A DNA stretch of 64,000 nucleotides from a virus, in the IMG/VR virus record IMGVR_UViG_3300020180_000013, positions 32,196 to 96,195 of that record; one strand, written 5' to 3'. The position numbers and the translations under genes are program-made. Positions 10,201-20,071 of the stretch are shown here, one piece after another. How positions within the stretch are numbered: the first letter of the stretch is position 1; each line of letters opens with the position of its first letter. The notes below the pieces were generated by a model that was given only the letters and a program-made list of their open reading frames with translations, was not told the DNA's origin and made no database searches.

Positions 10201-12187
10201 GAGACATCTCTTTTAAAGACTTAATCTGATCAGTCAGAGAATTGGTTTGTCCGGATTTAAGAAGAGTGTATATATGAATAAATACACTTTCATCTATAGA
10301 GTTTTCAAAAGCTTTCTGATCATTATCTTCTATAGCCTGGTCAACATGAGCATTAGATTTCTTTTGAAGAACAAAGTTCTTATCTATTAAGCTAATAGCT
10401 TTAACATATTTAGCAGGATCTTTCATTGTGTCAATGATAGCCTCAGTAACAGAATTTATATATTCTTGTTTGGCCTTACTATAACTAGCATATCCTTTAG
10501 GATCAAATATCTTTTTAGTAAGTGTTGGTATTCCCTCAAACATTGCTTTCTGTGGGCCTTGGAGAATCCCTCCCATTAAAAATCCAGATAAGAAAGTATT
10601 TAGTCCTTGTCCTGATAACTGAGTATCCAGACTTGCAGAAAAAGAGCTCTTTAAACTAGCTAGGTCCGGATCTTTATAATCTTGCTCATAGTAACTTTTA
10701 AATGCTTGGGATATAACATCCTGAGATGTTTCTTGCAACCCTTCTGTTAAGTTAGCTACAGTATATCTTAGTGATCCTTTAAGTAAGTTACCTGGTCTAA
10801 ATACATTTTTTATTCCCGGTAAAGAGTACTTATCAACAAACCTGGCTGTTTTAGATAGAGGATCTTTTACTAGAATCTTACCAGCTAGGGCTCCTTCAGC
10901 TTCTTCTACAAGAAATCTTTGAACTGGTTTGAATCCTCTAAGAGCATTCTTAAATACTATCTTGTTAGAGAAATATATAAGTGGGATATTAGCTAGTGTT
11001 GTAGCAAATCCTGCAGCTTTAGATTGTTCATATATTTTGTTTGCTTCATCTCCTTCAGGAAGTCTGCCATCATTCTGCTCATAAAAATCATTTACTAATT
11101 TCTCATTTAGATCTATCTGTGCTGATCCTCCTTCTAGTTTCGACTCTGAAGTAACTGCATTGATCTCCCGGATATCTCTATACAGAGATCCTACTCCTTT
11201 ACTCATTTTAGCAAAGTTGGATAGGTTCTTTAATTCACTGAGACTTCCAACAAATTCTGCAGTTCTGCTTAATGGATTAGCCCACTTGGCTACACCTAAA
11301 GCTGTCTGACCAGCATTAGCCCAACTAAATAATTGTCTGGCTTTATTTACTGAATCAATAGAAGATAGAGCTTTCCTAATATTATTCATTGCAGTAAAAC
11401 CTTCACTTAATCTTCTTGGAAGAGAAGTTATATTAGACACTAATCTACCTCCTGTAAGAGGAGCTGCTCCACTGTCTGTAGCTACTGTAATAGCTAGTAG
11501 ACCTAATTCTTCTAAAGCTATTTCACCAATTATACCTGCACTGTAAGCTGTAGTAGCTCCAAAATTTGTGATCCATCCTGCTGCTCCTTCTCTAGAAGAT
11601 GACATATTAGCCATCCTCTTATTCATATCTTCGGAGTGAACCAAATCAGAGTCTAATCCATTGTCATACCACTCACTAAACGTATCTTTAACTCCTAGAC
11701 CTGCCATTCCTAACCAACCTGAAGCCATCCTACCAAAATCTGCAAATCCTGAAGTATTCTCATTGTATACTTTTTCATTATCTCTAAAGGGAGAGAAGCC
11801 TAATTTCTTGAATCCTGAGTGAGAATAGTATCTATCAAAATTCATATTTCTATAACCTGCTCCATAAGAGAAGGTCTTACCATAACCATATTTGTCATTG
11901 GCCCATGAATCTGCTTGCTTGAGATACTGAGCTGCATTTTTAGCAAAGTCTACTGCAGGTGAGGTCTTAACAGAGGGTGCGGGTCCTGTATTGAAGTCTC
12001 CAATAATACTGGAGTTAATATCAGTATTTATAGGATAGGCTGTCTGGTGGGCTCTATTAAAATTGGCTTGCTGATCTTTGGCTTGTCTTGCTTCTAGTTC
12101 TCTTTCTCCTGAAGTTTTACCAAAAACTTTCTGACCCTCTGTGAGTTCCTCACCAGGTTGAGTAGGGAGTGTTTGTTCTTCTGCCAT
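7274..12187 (-). CDS. Large internal virion/ejection (cargo) protein with degenerate zincin motif
   Basis: 1637 aa, directly upstream of the virion RNAP; Gly/Ala-rich hydrophobic helices in the N-terminal third; HVILHQLIH...EFAAEA zincin-like motif. Confidence 0.75.
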   Translation of the reverse strand: MAEEQTLPTQPGEELTEGQKVFGKTSGERELEARQAKDQQANFNRAHQTAYPINTDINSSIIGDFNTGPAPSVKTSPAVDFAKNAAQYLKQADSWANDKYGYGKTFSYGAGYRNMNFDRYYSHSGFKKLGFSPFRDNEKVYNENTSGFADFGRMASGWLGMAGLGVKDTFSEWYDNGLDSDLVHSEDMNKRMANMSSSREGAAGWITNFGATTAYSAGIIGEIALEELGLLAITVATDSGAAPLTGGRLVSNITSLPRRLSEGFTAMNNIRKALSSIDSVNKARQLFSWANAGQTALGVAKWANPLSRTAEFVGSLSELKNLSNFAKMSKGVGSLYRDIREINAVTSESKLEGGSAQIDLNEKLVNDFYEQNDGRLPEGDEANKIYEQSKAAGFATTLANIPLIYFSNKIVFKNALRGFKPVQRFLVEEAEGALAGKILVKDPLSKTARFVDKYSLPGIKNVFRPGNLLKGSLRYTVANLTEGLQETSQDVISQAFKSYYEQDYKDPDLASLKSSFSASLDTQLSGQGLNTFLSGFLMGGILQGPQKAMFEGIPTLTKKIFDPKGYASYSKAKQEYINSVTEAIIDTMKDPAKYVKAISLIDKNFVLQKKSNAHVDQAIEDNDQKAFENSIDESVFIHIYTLLKSGQTNSLTDQIKSLKEMSPAELSEAFGEKPGTNDTSYAQKLDSFTDKVDYLRNRFDVIEKKMVNSFDPSKVKDPTAKIQEYHAREAFDELKKMALFSRYSFDRTLDRMTDITQDAVKSKLLAKASSSAFTLLFDPTQIQDEIDSLKLEIPTYTQSTTAGDKAIAKKKEAILESLIALKLDIIGFQAAIKARSTSATPEQEEDLASAEHAKLLYDSYSKYIKTIANLSDDHILDEDVNNAFRKLKDFYELNEDSVRLASAVNFLTNPETFREAHSRAVEAATVASNNRINYLREGLEEFIKKSEYNEFLNELYKLGAFFDSKEIESLTDTNKLPTKFYSVTSPHGEIPLNSEKGKQILNLIEQFEKATGKQYTEKPIPETQDTTPGYESFARRKFKGDQRTYEDYAKEYGFNSADTESKVISTRVLRNIITGKYSTLREKALARRLLSITKPEEVILFRKDSVSPGSYNPETGIVIDARYSSVDYKSGNNPIEHVILHQLIHKYTTEGIDTDPQFKSDITSLLERARQYSTTEEAKSKYGEAPLNGLSSEKEFAAEAISNDTFQSFLKEIPHEVTQKSTWTDYLNSVKKFFQRLFKVSTDSTLLDQVISLITTKIDTTNVTVTPGGETITTGPASITIATPINQLPEDLRATLISTYRDQNSKLVPEEQENLATLSDDQIAKSLRFKNWIIGFPSAHKILDEFNTRTGRVPEEVVTLEEPVKPTQVIQAVPEVVGDEEILDFQEKVIVTPERMNSIAQKINNNEKLSEGENAIYKSKFAEIDKIAAELKPKEAAIPIIEPELEVIVAAPVPTRSLEARFKDVTTMEQLELLEGELIEDLSTPAIRKAQNLSGELINQMIEDKKKELALSINFDDIKDGEILVMKDKSRYGKTGLGEVVGKTKDTIKVVRYGENGATVYYEPISEIEFKYNEGMEEADLTPDLTTEDKTQMKSNVKAEEDLLKDKSEVDRLHDEATKKSKEENDEEFLSDLGCGE

Positions 12188-15102
12188 TATCTTTGTTGCT
12201 GAAGTTGATTAATATTAGTTATTGGCTTAGATGTTGTATTTAAAGATCTGGCTTCTTCATTTGCCTGATGCTGTAGCTTCTGAATATATTTAATTTGTTG
12301 AACATATATATCAGCACTAGTAAAGCTATTAATACCAAAATTAGGAGCATTAACTTTTATATACTTTTCTCCATCCCATGCTTGCATGTATCCTGACTGA
12401 GTAATAGTTCCTTGAGGTGTCTTAGTTATTGTAATAGATCCGGCATCTGGATAATCATTAATAGTAATAGGTTTTGTATTGATCACTATATCATAAGGTC
12501 CTCTCTGAAACTTATTCATAAATTCAGGGGGAACTTTATCCCTGTCCATATATACAGTAATACCTTCTCTGTATTTTTTATCTCCTGTGATACCTGGAGT
12601 TTTTGGTGTTCCTTTATATTTAGTCTGCTCTGCCCAGTTACCTTCAGGTGCAATATGAAAAGCTACTTTACTAGGATCTCCTAATGCTATACCACTAAAT
12701 GTAAGATCTCCTATTGGTCTTTTAAGATCACTATCTTTATAATTACCATTAGTGATATCAGCCATAAATCTATCAAGTACTTCTACAGCTTCTGGATCAT
12801 TCTCTGGTAACTCTGAAGAACCATAACCATAACTTACAGCTAGAGCTCCCTTCTTTTTATAACCTTGAAATAATCTAATACCATCCATCATACTTTCATC
12901 TTCTGAAGCACCATCCATATGAGAAGTGACTGCATTGGTTCCTTTACCTCCTGTAAATGTATTAGCTATACCACCTAACTGAACTGATGGATCCCATGTT
13001 TGGATAACCGGTTTTCCTCCTACAGAAGGGTTTCCCCGGTAGAGCTTGGCATGTAGATCTAATAGATCATCATAATCTGAAACTGCTGCTTTATAAACAT
13101 TAGTGTATTCTTTGGGATCACTAAAGAAAGTCCCTGGTCCACCTGCTGTGAGTGGTTGATCTAATGTTACTGATTTTGGTGTGGCATGTTTATTAGCCCA
13201 GTTTGTTGCAAACTGTTCTCTACTAAGAACTTCTCCTTTATCTGTAATAAGAGTTTGGAACATCTCTCTTTTGTTCTCAGGAACATCAGCTGAAGATTGA
13301 GCATATGTTCTTAATCTCTGAAGATTGCCTTTCTTAATCTTATCATAAGTTAACCATAGATCAGTATCTAACTTAACTTTATCTTCTGTTGGTTTTAGTT
13401 CTCCATATAAGCCAGTATATAATTGTTGAGTTACTGGGAGATTTACATAGTCTTTTGCATAAGTATAAATCTTGCCTCTATTAGCAGCATAGTTTTTTCC
13501 ATCTGCAATATCTTCAGTTCTGAACTTGTTAGTATTTCTATCATAATCAGAACCAAATATTTTATATAAATCATTAGCTGCACTTTTACCTTCAGCACTA
13601 TTAGGATCATTATCTACCAATGATTGTAAGTTATTAGCTATCTTTTTTAAATAAATATCTTGTGCACTATTTACCTTTCCATATTGCTCCATAAATTTAT
13701 CTTGAAGCTCAGTCTCAGTATCTATGATATCTGCAGTAGCAGATGCTCCTTGGAATTTATCCGGAGCTGGTTGCCATATATTATTATTTAGAGCTCCTGT
13801 TCTGGTCTTACCTAATTCTTTTTTAGCTGCTTCATAGGTAAGTCTTTGACTCCAGTTTAATTTCTGGAGTTCTATAGCATTAAGATGAGACTCATGCATC
13901 TCTTGTAATCTAAGAGCATGATCATAAGAACTCTTTGCATATGGATCTGCTTCTATTTTAGTTTCACTGGTTAGATCAGCATAATTTTTAGCAGCATGAA
14001 GAAGGTCATTAGTTAAGAGAGAATTAGATACTGCCTTATCTATTCTCCATCTAAGAGCTTTTTTATCAGCACCTATTAATACATTTTTATCGAGATAGTT
14101 TAAAGTCTCTTTATGAAACTCCTCTGCAGTATTTAATACATCTGATTGTGCATTAAAAGATAAATACTGAGTGATAAGAGGATCATCTTGATCTAGTCCT
14201 CCACTATTATTTATTTTGTTAGCAATGATTTCTCTTTTTGCACTAATATCAGATTTAGAATCAGATACTCTTTTTGTATTTATATTAGCAGATCTTTCAG
14301 CTGTACTTAATGCATTATTTAAATAGAAATTTTCTGCAGCATCTTCACTTCCATATACTCCAACATTAGACTTCATGAAATCTTTTCTAGTAAGATATGC
14401 CTGAATATCAGACACCTCTCTTGCTACTGGATCACTTCCAAATACTCCTAGAAAATACTCAGAGAGAGGAGTATACATAGCTGCACCATTTTTTTGAGTA
14501 ACTATATACCGGCCATCAGGAGACCATGAGATAGACTTAATATCAAATCCCATATCCTTTGCATTCTTAATAGCTTTCTCTTGTATACTTATATATGGAG
14601 TATATCTTGGATCCTCCATAGAAGATGCATTATGATTATCAGCTGCTTTTGCAAAATCTTCAGCTTGATAATTAAGAGCTCTTACTCCACCTTCCCACCA
14701 TTTTGCTCCACAATCAACACAATTTCTAAATCCTTCTGCTCTTGTTAATTGGTTCTGGTATTTTTTAGTCCAGGCCATGTTTTTCATAATGTTCTTATCA
14801 TCTATCAATGGCTGGAATACTTGGTAAGCAGCATCTGTATTTTGCTCTTGTGAAAGATCAAGTGTTGATACTTTTTGAATACTTGATTCTATATCTTTGA
14901 AAAATTTATCCCGGGTTTCATTATCTACACTTCCTAACATAGGAGAATTAAGAAGAGATCCATAAATTCCACTGATCTTGTTATATCCTTGGTTATACTG
15001 TGCCTCTTTTCTCTCAAGCCCTGCTTGATAAAAATTTAGATCCGGCTGAAAAGGTTGGATATGTGGTATGTAATCGGTAATACCTGGTATATAACTAGCC
15101 AT
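12187..15102 (-). CDS. Internal virion/cargo protein
   Basis: 971 aa, helical; position in the cargo block between muzzle and RNAP, as in crAss-like phages. Confidence 0.65.
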   Translation of the reverse strand: MASYIPGITDYIPHIQPFQPDLNFYQAGLERKEAQYNQGYNKISGIYGSLLNSPMLGSVDNETRDKFFKDIESSIQKVSTLDLSQEQNTDAAYQVFQPLIDDKNIMKNMAWTKKYQNQLTRAEGFRNCVDCGAKWWEGGVRALNYQAEDFAKAADNHNASSMEDPRYTPYISIQEKAIKNAKDMGFDIKSISWSPDGRYIVTQKNGAAMYTPLSEYFLGVFGSDPVAREVSDIQAYLTRKDFMKSNVGVYGSEDAAENFYLNNALSTAERSANINTKRVSDSKSDISAKREIIANKINNSGGLDQDDPLITQYLSFNAQSDVLNTAEEFHKETLNYLDKNVLIGADKKALRWRIDKAVSNSLLTNDLLHAAKNYADLTSETKIEADPYAKSSYDHALRLQEMHESHLNAIELQKLNWSQRLTYEAAKKELGKTRTGALNNNIWQPAPDKFQGASATADIIDTETELQDKFMEQYGKVNSAQDIYLKKIANNLQSLVDNDPNSAEGKSAANDLYKIFGSDYDRNTNKFRTEDIADGKNYAANRGKIYTYAKDYVNLPVTQQLYTGLYGELKPTEDKVKLDTDLWLTYDKIKKGNLQRLRTYAQSSADVPENKREMFQTLITDKGEVLSREQFATNWANKHATPKSVTLDQPLTAGGPGTFFSDPKEYTNVYKAAVSDYDDLLDLHAKLYRGNPSVGGKPVIQTWDPSVQLGGIANTFTGGKGTNAVTSHMDGASEDESMMDGIRLFQGYKKKGALAVSYGYGSSELPENDPEAVEVLDRFMADITNGNYKDSDLKRPIGDLTFSGIALGDPSKVAFHIAPEGNWAEQTKYKGTPKTPGITGDKKYREGITVYMDRDKVPPEFMNKFQRGPYDIVINTKPITINDYPDAGSITITKTPQGTITQSGYMQAWDGEKYIKVNAPNFGINSFTSADIYVQQIKYIQKLQHQANEEARSLNTTSKPITNINQLQQQR

Positions 15103-15195
15103 AGATTATGTATGTGGGATAAAAATAGTACAATTTTATTACAAGTTTAAATTAAATTTAATATAAATCTTTAAGTTTAAACCTGTGATAATAAG

Positions 15196-17430
15196 TTATT
15201 CATTATTCATATAATTTGTAATAGGAGTTGCTTGTCTATTGGCATATCCTCTTTGTAAATTATCCTCAGGAGAAGGATCGAAATCCTGTCCTGTTTTTAC
15301 ATCAAGTCCCATGATCTTAGCTAACTGATTCGGAGGAACATTTGGATACTTATTAATAGCATCTGAAAGAGCTTGAGCTTGTGCATGGTATTCACTTCCT
15401 GAAGGACCTGGTTTCATTTTAGATCCTTTATAGAACCCTTGCATACCACCAGTGTTGGGGTCATTTTGATTATGTAGATACTGAGTATTGAGTACTTGGG
15501 CATTAGCTCTATTAGTTACTGCATCTATATAAGATGATCTTAGCTCTTGCCGGGCCATGTTTTTGGCATTATCAAACTGTTGATTAGCTATAGTAGTTTT
15601 ATCATATAGATCTCTGGCTATATTAACATTAGCTTCATTAGATTTATTCATGATATCAGCCTTCATACCGGCAAATTTATCAGCCTCTCCAACATTAAGA
15701 TTATTATACTTCCCTAGGATATCAGCTGCATTCCTTGCTCCTTGTCCTTGTATACCAGAAAAGGTTGCTGCATATTGCTGAGGATTTCCAAAAGCTGTAG
15801 CTCCTTGAGTACCTATCTGCATCTGTTCTGCATTAGATGCTAGTTCTCTTGTAGGATCATAAAATGTAGGTTCAGGTACAAAAGGAGATATAGAAGGAGA
15901 CCATGGAAGATATTTCTTTACTCTTAAGAAATCTCCTGCAGCTCCTGCTGTTTTAATTTTATCCTGTAACCACCATGGAGCTTTAACTCTTTGTTGAGTA
16001 AGTTGTAAATCCTTAGGTATAATATTAGATGCCTCTCCTTGTTGCTCCTGAGCTCCTCTCATTTCAGCTGGGGCCGGTGTTTGTTTAGGTAACATAGCCT
16101 GGCCTACTGTAGTGTTTCCAAACCATCCATCTACTGGACTAATAGGTTTAGCTCCTTTACCATAAGTTTGATCAGCTACTCCTACAGGAGATAAATTAAA
16201 ATTCTCCAAGATGGGTTTAAATTCCGGAGAATCTGAAAGATCTGAGATTACTCTATAAGCACTTTGAAAGCTCTTGATCTCATCCTCACTCATAGGATCT
16301 AATCCAAGTTTCTTAGCTTCTTTAGTATATGTCTCATTCTTCTTAGTTCCTCTATCCCATGATCTGGTCTTTAAAGCTTCTTTACTAGTAGCAGAAGGGT
16401 GAGCTTTCTGAATAGTGAATATTTGTTTTTGGGCCTTTAGAAAGTTATTGATTACATCTTCTTTAGAATCTGTTTTTCCTTTATTCTCAGGTTTGTTTTT
16501 CCACTCCTCATATATCTTATCTCTTAATGGTTCATTTCCAGGACTGGTTAAAGTAGTCTGAAGAAGATTATAAGCCTGAGTATAATAATCTGCTTTCTCT
16601 ACAGGTTGTACATTACCTCCTTCGTGCATTAATGCATTGCCTTTATTTGCCCAATCTTGGGGGCCAGCATGAAATGGTCCACCACTATTGTATGGTTTCT
16701 TAGATATCTTTACTTTAGATACCTGCATTCCATATTTTGCTGTTGGTTGTTCTGGGCCTGGAGCAGAAGCTATCTCAGCTGCCTTTTGTACTGGAGCTTT
16801 TAATGGTAAGATCTGATCTGGTTCAATACCGGTAACTGCAAGATAAGGTAAAGCTATACTAGGAATTCCCTGAGGAAATCCTTTTTTGGCTTCTTGTACA
16901 AGAGCTAGTTTACCCAACTTGATATTATAAGATGCTATCATATTTTCTGCATCCTGGATTCTTACTTTATCAGATTGATTATCTGGATCAGCTAATATCT
17001 TTCTTTGTTCATTTATATTATACTGTTTAGCTAATTCAGCTGGGGTATAACTACCTTTTGATTTTCCAAAGAACTTAAGGATATCAGGATCTTTAATCTT
17101 TAACTTTTTAGTGTCTGAGAAAATGAAAGAATCATCTGGTAAATTTAAAGGAGTTCCTCCTTCAGAATGTTTCTTTCCTCCTATTTTATAATGAGCAGCT
17201 AGGCCAGCTACATTTGGTATGTATGCTGTCTCACCTTTTTCAGCTTCTAGATTGGAGTCCTCTTCCGGAACTGGTTGTAAAGTTTGTTGAACAGATTCTT
17301 TAGGTTCAGCCCAGTCATTAGGTTTATAAATAGGATAAATTAGATTGCCCTGATCTATTGATCTGAATCCTGTAGAACCTCCTCCTTTATAAGGAGATGC
17401 TTTCTTTTTAATTTTTACTTTTCTCATCAA
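15196..17430 (-). CDS. Internal virion/cargo protein
   Basis: 744 aa; EAEKGE...GKKHSEGG...FIFSD N-terminal domain resembles crAss-like cargo proteins; Q/N/A-rich helical C-terminus. Confidence 0.6.
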   Translation of the reverse strand: MMRKVKIKKKASPYKGGGSTGFRSIDQGNLIYPIYKPNDWAEPKESVQQTLQPVPEEDSNLEAEKGETAYIPNVAGLAAHYKIGGKKHSEGGTPLNLPDDSFIFSDTKKLKIKDPDILKFFGKSKGSYTPAELAKQYNINEQRKILADPDNQSDKVRIQDAENMIASYNIKLGKLALVQEAKKGFPQGIPSIALPYLAVTGIEPDQILPLKAPVQKAAEIASAPGPEQPTAKYGMQVSKVKISKKPYNSGGPFHAGPQDWANKGNALMHEGGNVQPVEKADYYTQAYNLLQTTLTSPGNEPLRDKIYEEWKNKPENKGKTDSKEDVINNFLKAQKQIFTIQKAHPSATSKEALKTRSWDRGTKKNETYTKEAKKLGLDPMSEDEIKSFQSAYRVISDLSDSPEFKPILENFNLSPVGVADQTYGKGAKPISPVDGWFGNTTVGQAMLPKQTPAPAEMRGAQEQQGEASNIIPKDLQLTQQRVKAPWWLQDKIKTAGAAGDFLRVKKYLPWSPSISPFVPEPTFYDPTRELASNAEQMQIGTQGATAFGNPQQYAATFSGIQGQGARNAADILGKYNNLNVGEADKFAGMKADIMNKSNEANVNIARDLYDKTTIANQQFDNAKNMARQELRSSYIDAVTNRANAQVLNTQYLHNQNDPNTGGMQGFYKGSKMKPGPSGSEYHAQAQALSDAINKYPNVPPNQLAKIMGLDVKTGQDFDPSPEDNLQRGYANRQATPITNYMNNE

Positions 17431-17432
17431 TA

Positions 17433-19421
17433 TTAGTCTAAGTATTCAACATCATATCCCTGATTTTTCAGGTCTTGTATTTCAGTATCTGATAAGTAAT
17501 ATTCTCCTCCTTGATCATAAGATCCTCCATATTTTCTATACTGGCCGGCAGCTCCTGTAAATTGGGTTGGTATCATTTGATCAGCTCTGAAGTATCCTTG
17601 ATTAATATCATAATTTCCTCTTGATCCTGCATTACCCGGGGTACTTGTGAATACTTGATCAGCATGAGTTTTATCTCTTAATTGCTTCTCCCTAGTTTTT
17701 CTGTCTCTCGTATTAAAGATATTAGTCAATGCTTCCATGCCGAGTATACCCATATTGGCTTGATCTTCTCCTGACATTGTTCCTTGATTAAATTTAAAAG
17801 TAGATGATGGAGGTGTTGAAGTTGTATTTGGTCCATACATATCTCCTGCTGCAGATTGTTGATTAAACTGAGCAGCTTGAACTGCTATAGCATTACTTTG
17901 TCCTTGTATGAGATCACTCTGATATCCTTGAAGTTGTTGATTGGTAGCATTAAGATCAGACTGAGTTCCCATATATGTAGTACTTGCATAAGGGTTCATT
18001 TCTGCTATAGGTGCCATATTGTTGGCATTAAGTAGTCTTGGATCATAACAAATAGAGAATGGATTATGCATATCTTCCTCACTACATACCGGTTTGTCAT
18101 TCATTTCTCTACCAGTAACCTGAGTTCCGTCTTGTGCATATTGAGGAATAAATTTTCTTATATTATTTCCATCATTTTCTGGAGTAAAGAACTGATCATT
18201 TATACCACCATCTTGTTTTTTATGAAATCCATGATGTTTTTTAAACGTCTTAGCTAAATTATATTGAGGAGATCCCGGAGGACATCCTGGTTTACCTAAA
18301 GGAGTACATCTTCCTTTTTTAAGATTTTTAGGAATCCAATTTCCTCCCTTTTTCATATATCCCATATCTTCCATTCCACTAGTCATCTCAGCATCTGACA
18401 TTATAGAACCATCTGGCATATGATGAAATGTAGCATGAGGAATCATCTCTTCATGTACAGCATCTAATGAGGTATTTTTTAACCAATCCATGAAATCATT
18501 TTTCTTTTCATCAAGCATATTACTTGAATTGAAATCTGTAGATCCTCCCTCTTGCATAGCTCCTCCACATTCTTTACAGGGAACTCCTCCCATGTTAAAC
18601 ATAACAGGAGGAATGTTAAGATTATTAGTAGATCCTCCATAGTTGAATCCATATTTATTAGCTCCTGGTTTATGTATATTAATTCCAAGATTTTGTACAC
18701 CTCTTCTTTGAGATTTAGGAACCGTAGGAGGATTAGTATATGGCTTTATCTGACCTATGTATGAATCAGAAGTAATATCAGAAGGATTATTATTAAGATT
18801 ATTCATTACCGGTTCTACAGGAAATGTAGCAGGAGGTTGTGTTGGAGGAGGTGTAGTTCTCTTAGCTTTAGGAGCAGACACATCAGGAGTATAATATGGA
18901 TTATTAGGATTATTCCATTCTGGAGTACCTTGTGGAATTGTTTTATATGCTCTATAATCTCCTGAAGGAGTTAAGAATTGGGATGATCCAGCATCTTTGG
19001 TATAGCCTAATGCATATAACTGATCTGTTGATAAAGGTTGTTGACCAGATGGTAAATATTGACTTAATAAAGTAGGATCAAATCCTTTAGGATAACTTGT
19101 ATTAGTTCCTCCTGTTTGGTAGTTTCCTTTTAATCGTTTCATATTATCTGATATTAAATTAGGACTGCCTCCTTGTTTTAGCTTTTTATACTGATTCATG
19201 ATTTGTTTAGTTGCAGGAATTTCTAATACATGTGAATGATCTGGAAAATGATACTCTTCTCCTGGTTTAGCTAGTACTGGATCACCAGTACCATTCTCTC
19301 CCATTGGAATAAGAAGTAGTTTTTTATCTACTCCTTTCATAGTTATTCTATTAGAGTTTATAACATTAAATGGGTTATTAACATCCGGAGAATTTTTTTT
19401 ATATCCTAAGTTAGAAAACAT
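17433..19421 (-). CDS. Low-complexity internal virion protein with repeated phi-x-x-GG motifs
   Basis: 662 aa, P/N/Q/M/G-rich, about 10 GG motifs; first gene of the cargo block. Confidence 0.55.
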   Translation of the reverse strand: MFSNLGYKKNSPDVNNPFNVINSNRITMKGVDKKLLLIPMGENGTGDPVLAKPGEEYHFPDHSHVLEIPATKQIMNQYKKLKQGGSPNLISDNMKRLKGNYQTGGTNTSYPKGFDPTLLSQYLPSGQQPLSTDQLYALGYTKDAGSSQFLTPSGDYRAYKTIPQGTPEWNNPNNPYYTPDVSAPKAKRTTPPPTQPPATFPVEPVMNNLNNNPSDITSDSYIGQIKPYTNPPTVPKSQRRGVQNLGINIHKPGANKYGFNYGGSTNNLNIPPVMFNMGGVPCKECGGAMQEGGSTDFNSSNMLDEKKNDFMDWLKNTSLDAVHEEMIPHATFHHMPDGSIMSDAEMTSGMEDMGYMKKGGNWIPKNLKKGRCTPLGKPGCPPGSPQYNLAKTFKKHHGFHKKQDGGINDQFFTPENDGNNIRKFIPQYAQDGTQVTGREMNDKPVCSEEDMHNPFSICYDPRLLNANNMAPIAEMNPYASTTYMGTQSDLNATNQQLQGYQSDLIQGQSNAIAVQAAQFNQQSAAGDMYGPNTTSTPPSSTFKFNQGTMSGEDQANMGILGMEALTNIFNTRDRKTREKQLRDKTHADQVFTSTPGNAGSRGNYDINQGYFRADQMIPTQFTGAAGQYRKYGGSYDQGGEYYLSDTEIQDLKNQGYDVEYLD

Positions 19422-19423
19422 TA

Positions 19424-20071
19424 TTATAAAGATATACTATTTAGTCTCAATTTTCTTCTAGTTTCTATTTGTTTTTCTATAGATTCTCTAGTTCTAGGAA
19501 TTCCTTTTAACTTATAATTGGATATTCCAGTCTTAGTTTTTATAATTTTTTCTATAGTTTCCTGAGAGTGACTTCTTCCTCTAAGTTTATCTCCTATTTT
19601 TTTTCTAGATTCTATAGATCTGGGAGTAGATGGACTCTTCCTTTTTATTCCCTCTAATTTTCTTCTTTTAACAGCTTCAGCTTTTCTTTTTAAGGTTTCT
19701 TCCGATGGTTTATATCCTTTTTTAAATCCTCCTTTATTTTTAACTACATGGTTTCCTCTCCAGATACCTGATTTAAGTTGCATATTATATTCTGGATATA
19801 AATTATCTAAATAATATTGTTCTCTAAAATATATTTCTTCTTTTTTACATAATTCTATAATAGAAAATTCAAAATTATCAGCTCCATATTTTTCATATGA
19901 ATATTGTAAATGTTTATTATGATGTTTTTTTAAATTTAGCTTAGATAGATGTTGATTATATCTAGTTCTAAATGATATAGCACTTCCAATATAAAATTTT
20001 CCATTGATAATATTAGTTATTTTATATATTCCTGTACTATTAAAATTTATATAATCTCCTTGATAAATCAT
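19424..20071 (-). CDS. GIY-YIG homing endonuclease with NUMOD3-like repeats
   Basis: GIYKITN...FYIGSA...R...E..YLD...YN; basic C-terminal repeats (HSQETIEKI). Confidence 0.92.
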   Translation of the reverse strand: MIYQGDYINFNSTGIYKITNIINGKFYIGSAISFRTRYNQHLSKLNLKKHHNKHLQYSYEKYGADNFEFSIIELCKKEEIYFREQYYLDNLYPEYNMQLKSGIWRGNHVVKNKGGFKKGYKPSEETLKRKAEAVKRRKLEGIKRKSPSTPRSIESRKKIGDKLRGRSHSQETIEKIIKTKTGISNYKLKGIPRTRESIEKQIETRRKLRLNSISL

